Assembly (NCBI RefSeq): GCF_035435805.1
Contig: NZ_DAOMVC010000001.1
Length of the DNA: 64,000 nt
Origin: Propioniciclava sp.
GTDB lineage: Bacteria > Actinomycetota > Actinomycetes > Propionibacteriales > Propionibacteriaceae
Strand: one strand, 5' to 3'
Part shown: piece by piece, positions 32,844-43,877 of the stretch
How positions within the stretch are numbered: the first letter of the stretch is position 1
Layout: each line of letters opens with the position of its first letter
Notes under the pieces: model-generated
Databases searched by the model: none
What the model was told of the DNA's origin: nothing
Seen by the model: only the letters and a program-made list of their open reading frames with translations
Made by a program: the position numbers and the translations under genes

Positions 32844-33508
32844 AGATCATCGTCGCCGACGATTCGGCGCTGCTGCGTGAGGGCATCGCGGGACTCCTGG
32901 AGCGCCAGGGTCACACGGTGCTGGCGCGCGCCAGCGACGCGAACGAACTGGTCGCGGAGGTGGCGGCGCACGCCGCGCAGGTCGATGTGGCGATCACCGA
33001 CGTGCGGATGCCGCCGACGCTGACCGACGACGGGCTGCGGGCCGCGCTGAGGATCCGCGCCGCGTATCCGGCCATCGCCTTGCTGCTGGTCAGCCAGTAC
33101 GTCGCTCCCGAGTATGCGCGGGAGCTGTTCGATACCGACGCCGGGGGACTGCCTGAGGGTGGCGGCGGCCTGGGTTACCTGCTCAAAGACCGGGTTGCGG
33201 AGGTCGCCGACTTCCTGCGCTCCCTGGCGGTGGTCGCTGCGGGCGGCGTCGTCGTGGATCCGGACGTGGCGGCGCGGCTGATGCACCGCACCCCCTCTCG
33301 GCTCGGTGCGCTGACGCCCCGGGAACGGGAGGTGCTGGAGCTGATGGCCCGGGGCAATTCGAACGGCCAGATCGGCGAGGCGCTGTTCCTCTCTCCGGGG
33401 GCGGTCAGCAAGCACGTGGCCAACGTGTTCAGCAAGCTCGACCTGGGCCCCGGTGAGGAGAACCGGCGCGTGCGAGCCGTCTTGGCGTTCCTGGCCGCAG
33501 GGGAGTAG
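32840..33508 (+). CDS. NarL/LuxR-family response regulator
   Basis: IVADDSALLREG, TDVRMPP, GYLLKDRV, LTPREREVLELMARG; GTGA overlap with kinase. Confidence 0.93.
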   Translation: MKIIVADDSALLREGIAGLLERQGHTVLARASDANELVAEVAAHAAQVDVAITDVRMPPTLTDDGLRAALRIRAAYPAIALLLVSQYVAPEYARELFDTDAGGLPEGGGGLGYLLKDRVAEVADFLRSLAVVAAGGVVVDPDVAARLMHRTPSRLGALTPREREVLELMARGNSNGQIGEALFLSPGAVSKHVANVFSKLDLGPGEENRRVRAVLAFLAAGE

Positions 33509-33918
33509 CGGACGAGCCTGATCGGGGAGTCCCGCCGATCGCATTTCAACGGTTGTGGGGCGGAATACGACCATTCCGGCTCAACGCCGTTTTCGGCCGG
33601 ATAGCGACAAGCACCACCCCGATGAAGCAGCTTTCTCATGCCCTCACGACCGGAATCGCCCACTACCGCGTCACGCTGCGCACGCCCGTCGACGTGATCG
33701 AGTACGCCTACGCGGACGTCGCCTTGCACCTGGCGGCCACCGCCCGGCCCCCTGGACGGCCTCCCGCAGTTCACCACCTTGTGCACGCTCAGCCGCAGCC
33801 CCCGATAACCGCGTGACCGCGGCGCACGAGCGCGCCAATTCGTGCACCGTCCTATTTCCCCGGGTCGCGACCACGGTCGCAGTTGCGTAACCAATGTGAT
33901 GAAGAGAATGAGGAGATT

Positions 33919-34458
33919 GTGACCAAATCCGACACCCCACGATGTCGCGCCGAGCGGCGATAGGCGTGGGACTCGCCGCAGCGGCCTGGGTCCCGATCGG
34001 GGCCGACCTGCCTCGCGCGGGGTGCTGACGACCTCCCCACGCACGGACCCAGACATCGAGGCACTGCTGGTGAGCCTCGGCAGGACGGTGGCGACCGAGG
34101 TGGTGCTCCGCACCGTGCCGAACTACCACCTGCGCTGCCGAAACGTGACCCCACGCTGCAGGTGTCGGCCGGCAGTCACGTCGTCCTCACCCGCGGTAGT
34201 CCGAAGGCGGACGCCCTGTTCGCCGGGCTGGAGCGGTGGTTCACGCATCTGCCTGCCGAGTGGGGGTGGCCCGGCCCGAGTGGGCCACGCGGTTCGCCAC
34301 CTCGTCGGAGGGACCCTGGACCCGATGCGGACACGCACGAGGACTGGGTCCCACGGCAGGTGCCGGGGTTCCGACACGCGGTGGCGGTGTTCGAGCGGCT
34401 TGACCCGCGTGGCGTCGTCCACGCCCCGCCGCACACTCACCTGATGCCGATGGCGTAG
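33919..34458 (+). pseudogene. Collapsed remnant of a secreted VAO-type (class II) cholesterol-oxidase-like flavoprotein
   Basis: Ordered fragments in different frames: Tat-like MSRRAAIGVGLAAAAWVP; LGRTVATEVVLRTVPNYHLRCR; PTLQVSAGSHVVLTR; GSPKADALFAGLERWF; VARPEWATRF; AVAVFERLDPRGV (family similarity recalled, not searched). Confidence 0.55.
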
Positions 34459-34477
34459 CGTCGGGTGACGGATTGGT

Positions 34478-34506
34478 TTGACCCTGCCCAGCGTGCCGAG
34501 TAATCT
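34478..34506 (+). promoter_or_regulatory. Housekeeping sigma-factor promoter of rplU-rpmA
   Basis: TTGACC-17 nt-TAATCT. Confidence 0.8.
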
Positions 34507-34637
34507 TGATTCCCGGTGCCTGCGCGGGCGAACCCTGTGTGGTCTCTTCAGTGGGAGTTGCCTCCGGCGCCGAAGGACCCGGGCCCAAGCCCGATGTTCG
34601 TTCAGACGACAGATTTTCGTAGGAAAGCAGGTCAGGC

Positions 34638-34949
34638 GTGTACGCGATCGTGCGCAGCGGCGGACGCCAGCACAAGGTGGCTGTCGGCGATGTCCTCACC
34701 GTCGACAGGATCGTCGACGCCGAGATCGGCTCCAGCGTGCCGCTCACGCCGCTGATGCTGGTCGACGGCGAGGCCGTGACCACCGATGCGGGCAAGCTCG
34801 CCAAGGTGGCGGTGACGGCGGAGGTGCTCGCCGAGCACAAGGGCCCCAAGATTCACATCCTGAAGTACAAGAACAAGACCGGGTACAAGAAGCGTCAGGG
34901 CCATCGCCAGCGCTACACCCGCGTCAAGATCACCGGCATCGACGCCTGA
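34638..34949 (+). CDS. rplU: 50S ribosomal protein L21
   Basis: [14 protein letters not shown]...[16 protein letters not shown]. Confidence 0.98.
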   Translation: MYAIVRSGGRQHKVAVGDVLTVDRIVDAEIGSSVPLTPLMLVDGEAVTTDAGKLAKVAVTAEVLAEHKGPKIHILKYKNKTGYKKRQGHRQRYTRVKITGIDA

Positions 34950-34962
34950 GGAGGCTCCGAAC

Positions 34963-35223
34963 ATGGCACATAAGAAGGGCGCCTCGAGTTCCCGCAACGG
35001 GCGCGACTCCAATTCCCAGCGTCTCGGCGTGAAGCGCTTCGGCGGCGAGAACGTCGGCGCGGGCGAGATCATCGTCCGTCAGCGCGGCACGCACTTCCAC
35101 CCCGGCGACAACGTCGGCCGTGGCAAGGACGACACCCTGTACGCGCTCAAGCCCGGCACTGTCGAGTTCGGCTCGCGTCGCGGCCGCCGCGTCGTCAACA
35201 TCGCGCTGGCCGAGCAGGCCTGA
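34963..35223 (+). CDS. rpmA: 50S ribosomal protein L27
   Basis: [28 protein letters not shown]. Confidence 0.99.
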   Translation: MAHKKGASSSRNGRDSNSQRLGVKRFGGENVGAGEIIVRQRGTHFHPGDNVGRGKDDTLYALKPGTVEFGSRRGRRVVNIALAEQA

Positions 35224-35235
35224 CCCGAACATCAC

Positions 35236-35271
35236 CAGCGAGGGCGCCCCGTCATCGGGGCGCCCTCGCTG
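35236..35271 (+). terminator. Terminator hairpin after rpmA
   Basis: Perfect 16-bp stem CAGCGAGGGCGCCCCG-tcat-CGGGGCGCCCTCGCTG. Confidence 0.8.
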
Positions 35272-35365
35272 CGTTGTATCCACAGGCCGGAACCCGCGGC
35301 AACTTACTCGTGTCAGGGCGGTTGTCCCTAACATGATCTCCGACGTCGTCGTCGAAGGAGGATGC

Positions 35366-37459
35366 ATGCAACAGCCGGCTCTGGAAGTCCGCTCCAAGAA
35401 GCTCGTGACCGTCGAAGGACTCACCTTCAAGGACCTCAACGCCAACGGGCGGCTCGACCCGTACGAGGACTGGCGTCTCAGCCCGGCTGAGCGTGCCGCC
35501 GACCTGGTCGCGCGGATGGATCTCGATGAACTGGTCGGCATGATGCTGATCAACACCCGGTTCACCGGTTTCAGCGCCCCGAGCGGGGCCGAGACCTCCC
35601 ACGACGGGGCGCTCGACGAACGCACCATCGAAGCGGGGACGTCCATCTTCGCCACCCGTCAGGTCTTCGGCACGACCGAGACGATCGAGCGCCTCAAGCT
35701 GCGCCACTTCATCGTCCGCGACGACGTGTCCGCCGGGCAGCTCGCCGCCTGGAACAACGCGATGAACGAGGTCGCCGAGGCGACCCGGCTCGGCATCCCC
35801 ACGCTGGCCGCCTCCAACTCCCGCAACGAGAACGGGGAACCGGTCTTCGGGATGAACGACGCCGTGGGGGCACTCTCGACCTTCCCCGCGACGCTCGGCA
35901 TCGCCGCCGCCATCGGTGGCGACATCGCGGCAGGTGGAGACGCGGCTTTGGTGGACGGGTTCGCCGCCGCGATCCGGGAGGAGTGGCTCGCGGTCGGCAT
36001 CCGCAAGGGCTACATGTACATGGCCGACGTCGTGACCGACCCGCGCTGGCAACGCATCTACGGCACTTTCGGGGAGGATCCCGAACTCATCGCCGACATC
36101 GTGGAGAGGCTCGTGGCGGGCCTGCAGGGTGACCGCGTCGGGGGCACCAGCATCGCCACCACCATCAAGCACTTCCCCGGAGGAGGGGCCCGCGAGAACG
36201 GCTTCGATCCCCACTACGCCGAGGGCAAATGGAACTGCTACCCGACCCCGGGCAGCTTCGAGCGCTATCACCTGCCGCCCTTCCGCGCAGCCCTGGCGTC
36301 GTCGTCGTTCATGCCCTACTACTCGGCCCCCTCCATCGCCAAGTCCGTGGTGCAGTCCGTCGACGGCGTCGAGATCCCCTACGAGGAGGTCGGCTTCACG
36401 TTCAACCACTACGTCCTTCACGACCTCCTGCGTGGGCAACTCGGATTCACCGGCTACCTCAACTCCGACTCCGGGGTCACCGACAACATGTGCTGGGGCG
36501 TGGAGGACCTGTCGATCCCCGAGCGGTTCGCCAAGGCGATCAACGCAGGCACCGACCTCATCGCCGACACCAACAATGTGGCCGACCTGCGCGCGGCGGT
36601 CGACCGGGGCTGGATCAGCCGCGCTCGCCTCGAGCAGGCCAGTGCTCGACTGCTGATCGAGATGTTCTCCCTGGGATTGTTCGACGACATGACGTACGTC
36701 GACGCCGACGCGGCGGATGCCCGGGTGGCGGCCTCTCCGGGCTGGGAACTCGCCGCCCGGACCCACCGGAACTCGGTGGTGGTGCTGAAGAACACCGCAG
36801 GCACGCTCCCGATGCGGCCCGGCACGAGGGTTTACGCGGAGGTGTTCCATCGCAGCGCCGAGCGCGCCGACCTCAAGACGGCGCAGGCCCGGGCCGCCGC
36901 GTCCGCTCACCCGGGCCTGGAGTTGGTCGAGCGGCCCGAAGACGCGGACGCCGTCGTGCTGTTCGCCGACCCGCAGTCGGGCAACTACTTCACATCCACC
37001 CCGGGGCTGCTGGAGTTGTCCCTGTGCGAGGACAAGGAACTCACCTCGACGACGGGGGAGACCTACACGGAGACGACGCTGCTCGGGGCGGACCGGTTCC
37101 GCACCCTGGCGCGGGAAGCCCGGGGCCGAGGCCAGCAGGTGATCGTCTCGGTGAATGTGGCGATGCCGTGGATTCTGGACGACGTCGAGCCCCTGGCGGA
37201 CGCGCTCGTCGCCGGATTCTCGACGTTCTTCGATGCGCAGTTCGACGTCCTGGCCGGGGTTTCAGCCCCACACGGACGGCTCCCGCTCACCCTGCCGTCG
37301 TCGGCCGCGGTGATCGCCGTCGATGACGAAGGGCACTGCGCGTCCCCCAACGACGTCCCCGGCTACGCCAAGCAGGAGTACCTGGCTGACGGTCTCACCT
37401 ACGCCTACGTGGACGCCGAGGGCAACCACTACACTCTGGGGCACGGTTTGACCTGGTGA
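35366..37459 (+). CDS. Glycoside hydrolase family 3 (cytoplasmic beta-glucosidase-like)
   Basis: FKDLNANGRLDPYEDWRL, PRWQRIYGTFGEDP, KHFPGGG, GYLNSDSG. Confidence 0.9.
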   Translation: MQQPALEVRSKKLVTVEGLTFKDLNANGRLDPYEDWRLSPAERAADLVARMDLDELVGMMLINTRFTGFSAPSGAETSHDGALDERTIEAGTSIFATRQVFGTTETIERLKLRHFIVRDDVSAGQLAAWNNAMNEVAEATRLGIPTLAASNSRNENGEPVFGMNDAVGALSTFPATLGIAAAIGGDIAAGGDAALVDGFAAAIREEWLAVGIRKGYMYMADVVTDPRWQRIYGTFGEDPELIADIVERLVAGLQGDRVGGTSIATTIKHFPGGGARENGFDPHYAEGKWNCYPTPGSFERYHLPPFRAALASSSFMPYYSAPSIAKSVVQSVDGVEIPYEEVGFTFNHYVLHDLLRGQLGFTGYLNSDSGVTDNMCWGVEDLSIPERFAKAINAGTDLIADTNNVADLRAAVDRGWISRARLEQASARLLIEMFSLGLFDDMTYVDADAADARVAASPGWELAARTHRNSVVVLKNTAGTLPMRPGTRVYAEVFHRSAERADLKTAQARAAASAHPGLELVERPEDADAVVLFADPQSGNYFTSTPGLLELSLCEDKELTSTTGETYTETTLLGADRFRTLAREARGRGQQVIVSVNVAMPWILDDVEPLADALVAGFSTFFDAQFDVLAGVSAPHGRLPLTLPSSAAVIAVDDEGHCASPNDVPGYAKQEYLADGLTYAYVDAEGNHYTLGHGLTW

Positions 37460-37471
37460 GAGGGGCCGGCG

Positions 37472-37840
37472 ATGGCGCGCCTGGATGCCTGGCTGTGGTC
37501 GGTCCGGCTCTTCAAGACCCGGTCCGCCGCCACCGCCGCGTGCCGAGGCGGGCACGTACGCGTCAACGACGCACCGGCGAAGGCCGCGCAGCCGGTGGCG
37601 ACCGGCGACACGGTGCGGGTGCGCCGCTCCGGTGAGGAGACCATCGTCGAGGTGCTCAACCCGACGCTGGTCAAACGCGTCGGCGCGCCCGTCGCCCAGC
37701 AGGCCTACCTCGACCACACGCCGGCCCAGCCGCCGCCCATCGAGGCCATGACGGGCAAGGTCGCGGTCCGTGACCGGGGGGCGGGGCGCCCGACCAAGAA
37801 ACAGCGGCGCGAGTTGGACGCGTTCCGCGGGCGGGAGTGA
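37472..37840 (+). CDS. S4-domain RNA-binding protein (Hsp15-like)
   Basis: RLDAWLWSVRLFKTRS, RDRGAGRPTKKQRR. Confidence 0.92.
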   Translation: MARLDAWLWSVRLFKTRSAATAACRGGHVRVNDAPAKAAQPVATGDTVRVRRSGEETIVEVLNPTLVKRVGAPVAQQAYLDHTPAQPPPIEAMTGKVAVRDRGAGRPTKKQRRELDAFRGRE

Positions 37841-37844
37841 CGCC

Positions 37845-38990
37845 ATGGCTCCGACCATCGTGTGTGCCCCCGATTCGTTCAAGCACGCCCTCACGGCCCG
37901 CGACGCGGCGGCCGCCATGGCGGCAGGCGTCCAGGACGCCTGGCCCGGCGCGGTCGCCCTGGAGTTGCCCTTGTCGGATGGCGGAGAGGGGTTCGCCGAC
38001 GCGCTGGCAGCCGCCCTGGGTGCCCGCCTGCTCCCGGTACCGGTGCTGGACGCCCTCGGTCGCGAGGCCCTCGGCGAGATGGCCGTGGCGGGGCGGCTCG
38101 CCATCATCGAGGTGGCCAGTGCCGTCGGCCTGGAGGCCGTCGCCGACGACGAGCGCGCCATCTGGGACGCCGACACTCGCGGCGTGGGCCAGCTCATCGT
38201 CGCCGCGCTGGACGCCGGCGCCACGGAACTCCTGATCGGCCTGGGCGGCTCCGCGACCAACGATGCCGGGGCGGGCATGCTGGCCGCCCTGGGGGTGCGG
38301 TTCCTCGATGCCGCCGGATGCGAGGTCGCCACCACCCCACGAGGGCTGGCGCGGCTGGCCCGGATCGACGCCACCGGGCTGGAGACGCGCCTGGCAGGGG
38401 TCACGGTACGGGTGGCTTGCGACGTGGACACCCCGTTGACCGGCCCGCGCGGGGCCTCGGCCGTGTTCGGGCCGCAGAAGGGCGCCTCTCCCGATGATGT
38501 CCCTCGGCTGGACGCGATCCTGGCGGCGGTGGCGGACCTGTCCGGCCAGGGGTCGCGGGCCACCGACGCCGGGGCGGGGGCGGCGGGCGGCCTCGGGTTC
38601 GCGCTGCTGGGCTTCCTGGGCGCGTCCCTCACGCCGGGCATCGCGCTGGTGGCCGACTTGCTGCATCTCGACGAGCGGGTGGCGGGGGCCGATCTGGTCC
38701 TCACCGGGGAGGGCTCGGTCGACGCGCAGACGCTCGCCGGAAAGGCCCCGGCAGGCGTGGTGGACGCGGCCCGGCGGCACGGCGTCCCGGTGGTGATCTT
38801 CGCCGGACGCGTCCAGCCCGAGGCCGAGGCGCTGCGCACCGACGGCGCCGTGGAGGCGCTGGTGCAGATCACCCCCGCTGGGCAACCTCTCGCCGAGGCA
38901 CTGGCCGGGGCGGGGGAGAACCTGCGTGCCGGGGTGGCCGGATACCTCGCGGGACGGGTGCGACCGGGAGGAATCGCCGACGACCGGTAG
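37845..38990 (+). CDS. Glycerate kinase (GlxK family)
   Basis: [42 protein letters not shown]. Confidence 0.93.
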   Translation: MAPTIVCAPDSFKHALTARDAAAAMAAGVQDAWPGAVALELPLSDGGEGFADALAAALGARLLPVPVLDALGREALGEMAVAGRLAIIEVASAVGLEAVADDERAIWDADTRGVGQLIVAALDAGATELLIGLGGSATNDAGAGMLAALGVRFLDAAGCEVATTPRGLARLARIDATGLETRLAGVTVRVACDVDTPLTGPRGASAVFGPQKGASPDDVPRLDAILAAVADLSGQGSRATDAGAGAAGGLGFALLGFLGASLTPGIALVADLLHLDERVAGADLVLTGEGSVDAQTLAGKAPAGVVDAARRHGVPVVIFAGRVQPEAEALRTDGAVEALVQITPAGQPLAEALAGAGENLRAGVAGYLAGRVRPGGIADDR

Positions 38991-39001
38991 AATCCCTCGT
39001 C

Positions 39002-40504
39002 ATGGCCATTCCCTCATTCGTTGACCGTGCCACGTTACGCGTCCAGGGCGGCAACGGTGGCCACGGCTGCACGTCGGTGCACCGGGAGAAGTTCAAGCCG
39101 CTCGGTGGCCCCGACGGCGGCAACGGGGGGCACGGCGGGTCGGTGATCGTCCGCGTCGACCCCGGGCTGACGACCCTGGTCGACTATCACCGCCAGTCCC
39201 AGCGCCGCGCCACCAACGGCCAACCCGGCGAAGGCGATCACAAGGCGGGCGCGAACGGCGCCGACGTCGTCTTGAACGTGCCCGACGGCACCGTCATCGC
39301 CGACGCGGACACCGGGCAGATCATCGCCGACCTGGTCGGGGAGGGTGCCGAGGCGGTGATCGCGGCGGGTGGCCGGGGTGGCCTGGGCAATGCGGCCCTC
39401 GCGACGTCGGCGCGCAAGGCGCCGGGCTTCGCCCTGCTGGGCGAGGACGGCGAGCAGCGTGCGGTCACGTTCGAACTCAAGGTGCTGGCCGACGTCGGCC
39501 TGGTGGGCTTCCCCAGCGCGGGCAAGTCGAGCCTGATCGCGGCGATCAGCCGCGCCCGGCCCAAGATCGCCGACTACCCGTTCACGACGTTGGTGCCGAA
39601 CCTGGGTGTCGTCGTCGCCGGCGAGACGACCTATACGGTCGCCGACGTGCCCGGCTTGATCGAGGGGGCCTCCGAGGGCCGCGGGCTCGGGCACGAGTTC
39701 CTGCGCCACATCGAGCGCTGCCTGGCCATCGCCCACATCATCGACTGTGCCACGTATGAGCCCGGCCGCGATCCGCTCACCGACCTCGACGTGATCGAGG
39801 GCGAACTGGCGGCCTACGGCGGACTGGAGGACCGGCCCCGGCTGGTGGTGCTCAACAAGATCGACATCCCGGACGCCCGGGAACTGGCGGACCTGGTCGC
39901 TCCCGATCTGGCCGCGCGCGGCTGGCCCGTGTTCGCGGTGTCCACGAAGACCGGCGAGGGCCTCCCCGCCCTGACGTATGCCATGGCGGACCTGGTGCGG
40001 GAGCGGCGGGCTGCGGCGCCCGAGCCTGCGGCTCCGCGTGTCGTGATCAGGCCGGAGCCGGTCGCGTCGAGCGGACCCGCGTTCACCGTCAAGCAGATGG
40101 GCGATGGTGAGGGCGGATTCGTGTGGCGGGTGCGCGGGGAGAAGCCGGAGCGCTGGGTGAAGCAGACGGACTTCGCCAACCCGGAGGCCGTCGGCTACCT
40201 GGCCGATCGGTTCACCCGGCTGGGCATCGAGGACCGGCTCCTGGAGCTGGGGGCGCGTGAAGGGGATGCGGTGGCGATCGGCGCTGGGGACGACCCGGTC
40301 GTCTTCGACTTCGCTCCGCAGGTCTCCTCGGGGGCTGAGATCCTCGCCCGGCGCGGCGATGACGAGCGGCTGCACGGTCAGCGGGCCTCGGTCCGCAGGC
40401 GCCGCGAACTCGACGCCGAGTACCACGCGGCCAAGGCGGCGGCCGAAGGGCTGCCGCGCGATCCGAAGCAGAGCTGGCGCGTGGGCGGGGATGACACGGA
40501 GTGA
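39002..40504 (+). CDS. obgE: GTPase ObgE/CgtA
   Basis: FVDR...[44 protein letters not shown]. Confidence 0.97.
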   Translation: MAIPSFVDRATLRVQGGNGGHGCTSVHREKFKPLGGPDGGNGGHGGSVIVRVDPGLTTLVDYHRQSQRRATNGQPGEGDHKAGANGADVVLNVPDGTVIADADTGQIIADLVGEGAEAVIAAGGRGGLGNAALATSARKAPGFALLGEDGEQRAVTFELKVLADVGLVGFPSAGKSSLIAAISRARPKIADYPFTTLVPNLGVVVAGETTYTVADVPGLIEGASEGRGLGHEFLRHIERCLAIAHIIDCATYEPGRDPLTDLDVIEGELAAYGGLEDRPRLVVLNKIDIPDARELADLVAPDLAARGWPVFAVSTKTGEGLPALTYAMADLVRERRAAAPEPAAPRVVIRPEPVASSGPAFTVKQMGDGEGGFVWRVRGEKPERWVKQTDFANPEAVGYLADRFTRLGIEDRLLELGAREGDAVAIGAGDDPVVFDFAPQVSSGAEILARRGDDERLHGQRASVRRRRELDAEYHAAKAAAEGLPRDPKQSWRVGGDDTE

Positions 40505-41631
40505 GCCCCGCCATTCGCCGGTCCATCGCGGAGGCGCGACGGATCGTGGTCAAGGTCGGCAGTTCGTCCATCACGGACCGGAGCGGACGCATCGACATGC
40601 CGCAGCTCAATGCGCTGGTCGACGCGATAGCGGCCGCCCGGGCCGGCGGAACGGATGTGGTGGTCGTGTCCTCGGGTGCGGTCGCGGCGGGGCTCGAGCC
40701 GCTCGGGATGCAGCGGCGTCCTCGTGACCTGGCCACCCGACAGGCGGCCGCCTCCGTCGGGCAGGGGCTGCTGCTGGCCCGCTACACCTCGCTGTTCGCC
40801 GCGCACGGGCTGACGGTCGGGCAGGTCCTCATGACGGTCGAGGATGTGACCCGGCAGGCGAGCTACGCCAACGCCCAGCGCACCTTCACGCGGCTGCTCG
40901 AACTGGGGGCGGTTCCGGTGGTGAACGAGAACGACACGGTCGCCACCAACGAGTTGCGCTTCGGCGACAACGACCGGCTGGCGGCGCTGGTGGCTCACCT
41001 GGTCGGCGCCGAGGCCTTGTTCCTGCTCTCCGACGTGGACGCCCTCTACACCGATCACCCCTCTCGTCCGGGGGCGCGGCGCATCACCGACGTGGCCGAG
41101 GTGGAGGACCTCGACGTCGATACCAGCCGCAACGGCTCCTCGGTGGGCACGGGCGGCATGACGACCAAGCTCGAGGCGGCGCGCATCGCCACCCACGCCG
41201 GGGTCAACACCGTGCTTGCGTCCGCGACGGCCGTGCGCTCCGCACTGGCCGGGGAACCGGTCGGCACGCTGTTTCGGGCGTCCGATCGCCGCCGCTCCCG
41301 CAAGATGCTCTGGCTGGCCTACGCGTCCAAGGTGGAGGGCGTCGTGTCGCTCGACGCGGGCGCGGTGCGGGCCGTGGTCGAACGCAAGGCGTCGCTGCTG
41401 CCGGCCGGGGTCACCGGGTTCACCGGGGACTTCCACGCCGGTGACCCGGTCCGGCTGGTCGGCCCAGACGGTGCCTTAGTGGGACACGGCCTGGTCAACT
41501 ACTCTTCAGACGACCTGCCCGACATGCTGGGTCGATCGACCCGTGCGCTGGCGGCCGAGCTGGGGGAGGGCTTCGATCGCGAACTCGTGCATCGAGACGC
41601 CATGATCCTGCGCAAGAGGTTCCGGGGCTGA
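40501..41631 (+). CDS. proB: Glutamate 5-kinase with PUA domain
   Basis: [38 protein letters not shown]. Confidence 0.96.
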   Translation: MSPAIRRSIAEARRIVVKVGSSSITDRSGRIDMPQLNALVDAIAAARAGGTDVVVVSSGAVAAGLEPLGMQRRPRDLATRQAAASVGQGLLLARYTSLFAAHGLTVGQVLMTVEDVTRQASYANAQRTFTRLLELGAVPVVNENDTVATNELRFGDNDRLAALVAHLVGAEALFLLSDVDALYTDHPSRPGARRITDVAEVEDLDVDTSRNGSSVGTGGMTTKLEAARIATHAGVNTVLASATAVRSALAGEPVGTLFRASDRRRSRKMLWLAYASKVEGVVSLDAGAVRAVVERKASLLPAGVTGFTGDFHAGDPVRLVGPDGALVGHGLVNYSSDDLPDMLGRSTRALAAELGEGFDRELVHRDAMILRKRFRG

Positions 41632-41898
41632 CGTCGCGTCCGCGCCCCTCGGTGCGCGCGGAGAGTTGCGGCTTCTGACCCCGTGAGTTCGCCTGGGCTG
41701 ACGGCCTCGTCGCGCCGCTGGGCCGGATGACCCGGGTGGACCAGCAGCGGGCCGCCCCGGCGTGTTCACCCGGCGTGAACGGTGCTCCGACGGCAGGTGG
41801 CGCCGCGCGCCCTGCCGCTCGCAACTCCCGGCTGGGGTGTGGTGTGAGGGGGTGCACGCGCAGCTCGTTCTTGTCTCATGATCGTCACAAACGATGGG

Positions 41899-41970
41899 TT
41901 GACACCGATCCCAATCCGGTGGCAAGTTAGACGTGCTGGGAACGTTCCCAATGTGGTGGGAACGCCCTCG
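41899..41970 (+). promoter_or_regulatory. Promoter with LacI-type operators upstream of the frlB-like operon
   Basis: -35 TTGACA within TTGACACCGATCCCAA (41899-41914); perfect palindrome TGGGAACGTTCCCA (41937-41950); half-site TGGGAACG at 41957. Confidence 0.8.
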
Positions 41971-42003
41971 ATCGTCCCCGACACGGAAGAGGCACAACAC
42001 GCG

Positions 42004-43023
42004 ATGAGCACACCGATCCCCGTCCCCGATGACTTCGTGGCCAGCGTCCAGCACGCGGTCGACCAAGACGGCGAAGCACGCCGGATCGTCGACGTGGCGC
42101 TGGAGCGCGGACTGGAACGGGTCTACCTGGTGGGTTGTGGAGGCTCTCACTTCGGAACCTATCCCGCCTTCGACCTCCTCAACCGCTACACCGACGCCTT
42201 CGCGACCGAGCGCATCACCAGCGCCGAGCTGACCTCCCGGGATCCGATCGGCGTCGACGAACACGCCCTGGTCATCGCGGCGTCCCACTCAGGGAACACG
42301 CCCGAGACCGTGGCGGCGGCCCAGTACGCCCGCGGCAAGGGCGCCACCGTCGTGGGCATCGCACGCGAGGGGGCCAGTGGCCTCGCCGAGGCGGCGCACC
42401 TCCACCTCGACTACCCGGACACCATCACCGTGACCGAGCCCAAGCTCGTGCACAACGAGCAGGTGGCGGCGGCGCTGCTGGCCGGAGTCGGCGTCACCGA
42501 CGTCGCCACCCGCCTGCGAGCAGGCATTCCCGCCCTGCCCACGGCCCTGCGCGCGGTGAAGGACGAGGTCGCCTCGGTGGGGGAGCGTGTCGCCGACGTC
42601 GTCGCGGACGCGCCGCTGACGTACGTCGTGGGCGGCGGTCCCGCCTACGGGATGGCGAAGATGATGGCCTGGTGCTACTTCCAGGAGATGCAGTGGATGG
42701 ACGCCGCGGCGATCAACGGCGGCGACTTCTTCCACGGTCCCTTCGAACGGATCCTGGAGGACACCCCGCTGATCGTGCTGCTGGCCGAGGACTCGAGCCG
42801 GGCGCTGGGAGAGCGTGTCGTCCGCTTCGGGCAGAACTACACCAGTGGCCTGGGCGTGGTCGACACGGCGGCGTTCACGCTGCCCGGCATCCCGGCTGAG
42901 AGCCGCCCCGACCTCAGCGTGGTCGCGCTGATGAGCGCCGAACGCCGGGTACTCGATCACGTGGCCGCCCGTCGCGGCCACGACACCTCGGTGCGCCGCT
43001 ACATGTACAAGGTCAGCTACTGA
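42004..43023 (+). CDS. SIS-domain fructosamine-6-phosphate deglycase (FrlB-like)
   Basis: VGCGGS, ASHSGNTPET, CYFQEMQW, GDFFHGPFE, RRYMYKVSY. Confidence 0.88.
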   Translation: MSTPIPVPDDFVASVQHAVDQDGEARRIVDVALERGLERVYLVGCGGSHFGTYPAFDLLNRYTDAFATERITSAELTSRDPIGVDEHALVIAASHSGNTPETVAAAQYARGKGATVVGIAREGASGLAEAAHLHLDYPDTITVTEPKLVHNEQVAAALLAGVGVTDVATRLRAGIPALPTALRAVKDEVASVGERVADVVADAPLTYVVGGGPAYGMAKMMAWCYFQEMQWMDAAAINGGDFFHGPFERILEDTPLIVLLAEDSSRALGERVVRFGQNYTSGLGVVDTAAFTLPGIPAESRPDLSVVALMSAERRVLDHVAARRGHDTSVRRYMYKVSY

Positions 43024-43877
43024 TGCGTCTTCTGGGTGCCGGCGACAACGTCGTCGATCGCTATCGGAGACTGGGGCTCATGTTCCCCGGCGGCAACGCG
43101 GTCAATGTGGCCGTGTTCGCCGCCCGGCTGGGGGCCCAGTCGTCCTACCTTGGCGTGGTGGGCAGCGATGAGGCGGGCCAGCATGTGCTGCGCAGCCTCA
43201 CCCAGGAGGGCGTGGACACCTCGCTGACGCGCACCGCAGCAGGCCCCAACGCCTACGCCGACGTGGACAGCGTCGGCGCCGACCGGGTCTTCCTGGGCTC
43301 AGGCAAGGGCGTGGCCCTGTTCGCGCCTGACGAGGGACAACTGGACGCCATGGAGCGGTTCGACGTGGTCCACGCCGGATACGCCGGGTCACTGTTCCCG
43401 CACCTGGCGGCGATGGCTGCCCGGACCCGGGTGTCGTTCGACTTCGGTACCCGGATGGACCTGGCCGAGGCGGAGCCGATGCTGCCGCACCTGTTCCTGG
43501 CCGCGTTCTCCTCCAGCCATCGCGACGACGGGCAGAGCGTCGCGCTGGCGCGCGACGTCGTCGCGGCCGGAGCCACCTACGCCCTGGTCACGCGCGGCTC
43601 CGAGGGGGCCTACCTGGCCTCGGCGAACTGGGTGCTGCACCAGCCGGCCGACCTCGTGCAGGTGGTCGACACCCTGGGGGCCGGCGACGCCTTCATCTCC
43701 AGCGTCCTGGTCGGCCTGCTCGCCGGACGCGACAAGCGTGCCGTCCTCGCCTCGGCCAGCGCCCATGCTGCCCAGGTGTGCCTGGCCCCGGGGGCCTTCG
43801 GCCACGGGACCCCCTTCCGCCCCGCAACCGACGCCGGAACCCCGGCGCGGCACGACAAGACAGAGGTGAACAGGTGA
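43023..43877 (+). CDS. PfkB-family fructosamine kinase (FrlD-like)
   Basis: GAGDNVVDRY...FPGGNAVNVAV, SFDF, VDTLGAGDAF. Confidence 0.85.
   Translation: MRLLGAGDNVVDRYRRLGLMFPGGNAVNVAVFAARLGAQSSYLGVVGSDEAGQHVLRSLTQEGVDTSLTRTAAGPNAYADVDSVGADRVFLGSGKGVALFAPDEGQLDAMERFDVVHAGYAGSLFPHLAAMAARTRVSFDFGTRMDLAEAEPMLPHLFLAAFSSSHRDDGQSVALARDVVAAGATYALVTRGSEGAYLASANWVLHQPADLVQVVDTLGAGDAFISSVLVGLLAGRDKRAVLASASAHAAQVCLAPGAFGHGTPFRPATDAGTPARHDKTEVNR

Noticed and set aside
31214..33508. 764-aa ORF suggesting a giant response-regulator fusion
   Set aside because: Only the last 222 aa (from GTG 32840) are a regulator; the rest overlaps the ABC ATPase and kinase genes in other frames.
41632..41860. MITE or attachment site at the left edge of the Amadori island
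   Set aside because: Only an 8-bp inverted match (GAGTTGCG/CGCAACTC) and a 7-bp GCTGACG shared with the right edge; expected by chance at this GC content, and no recombinase is present.
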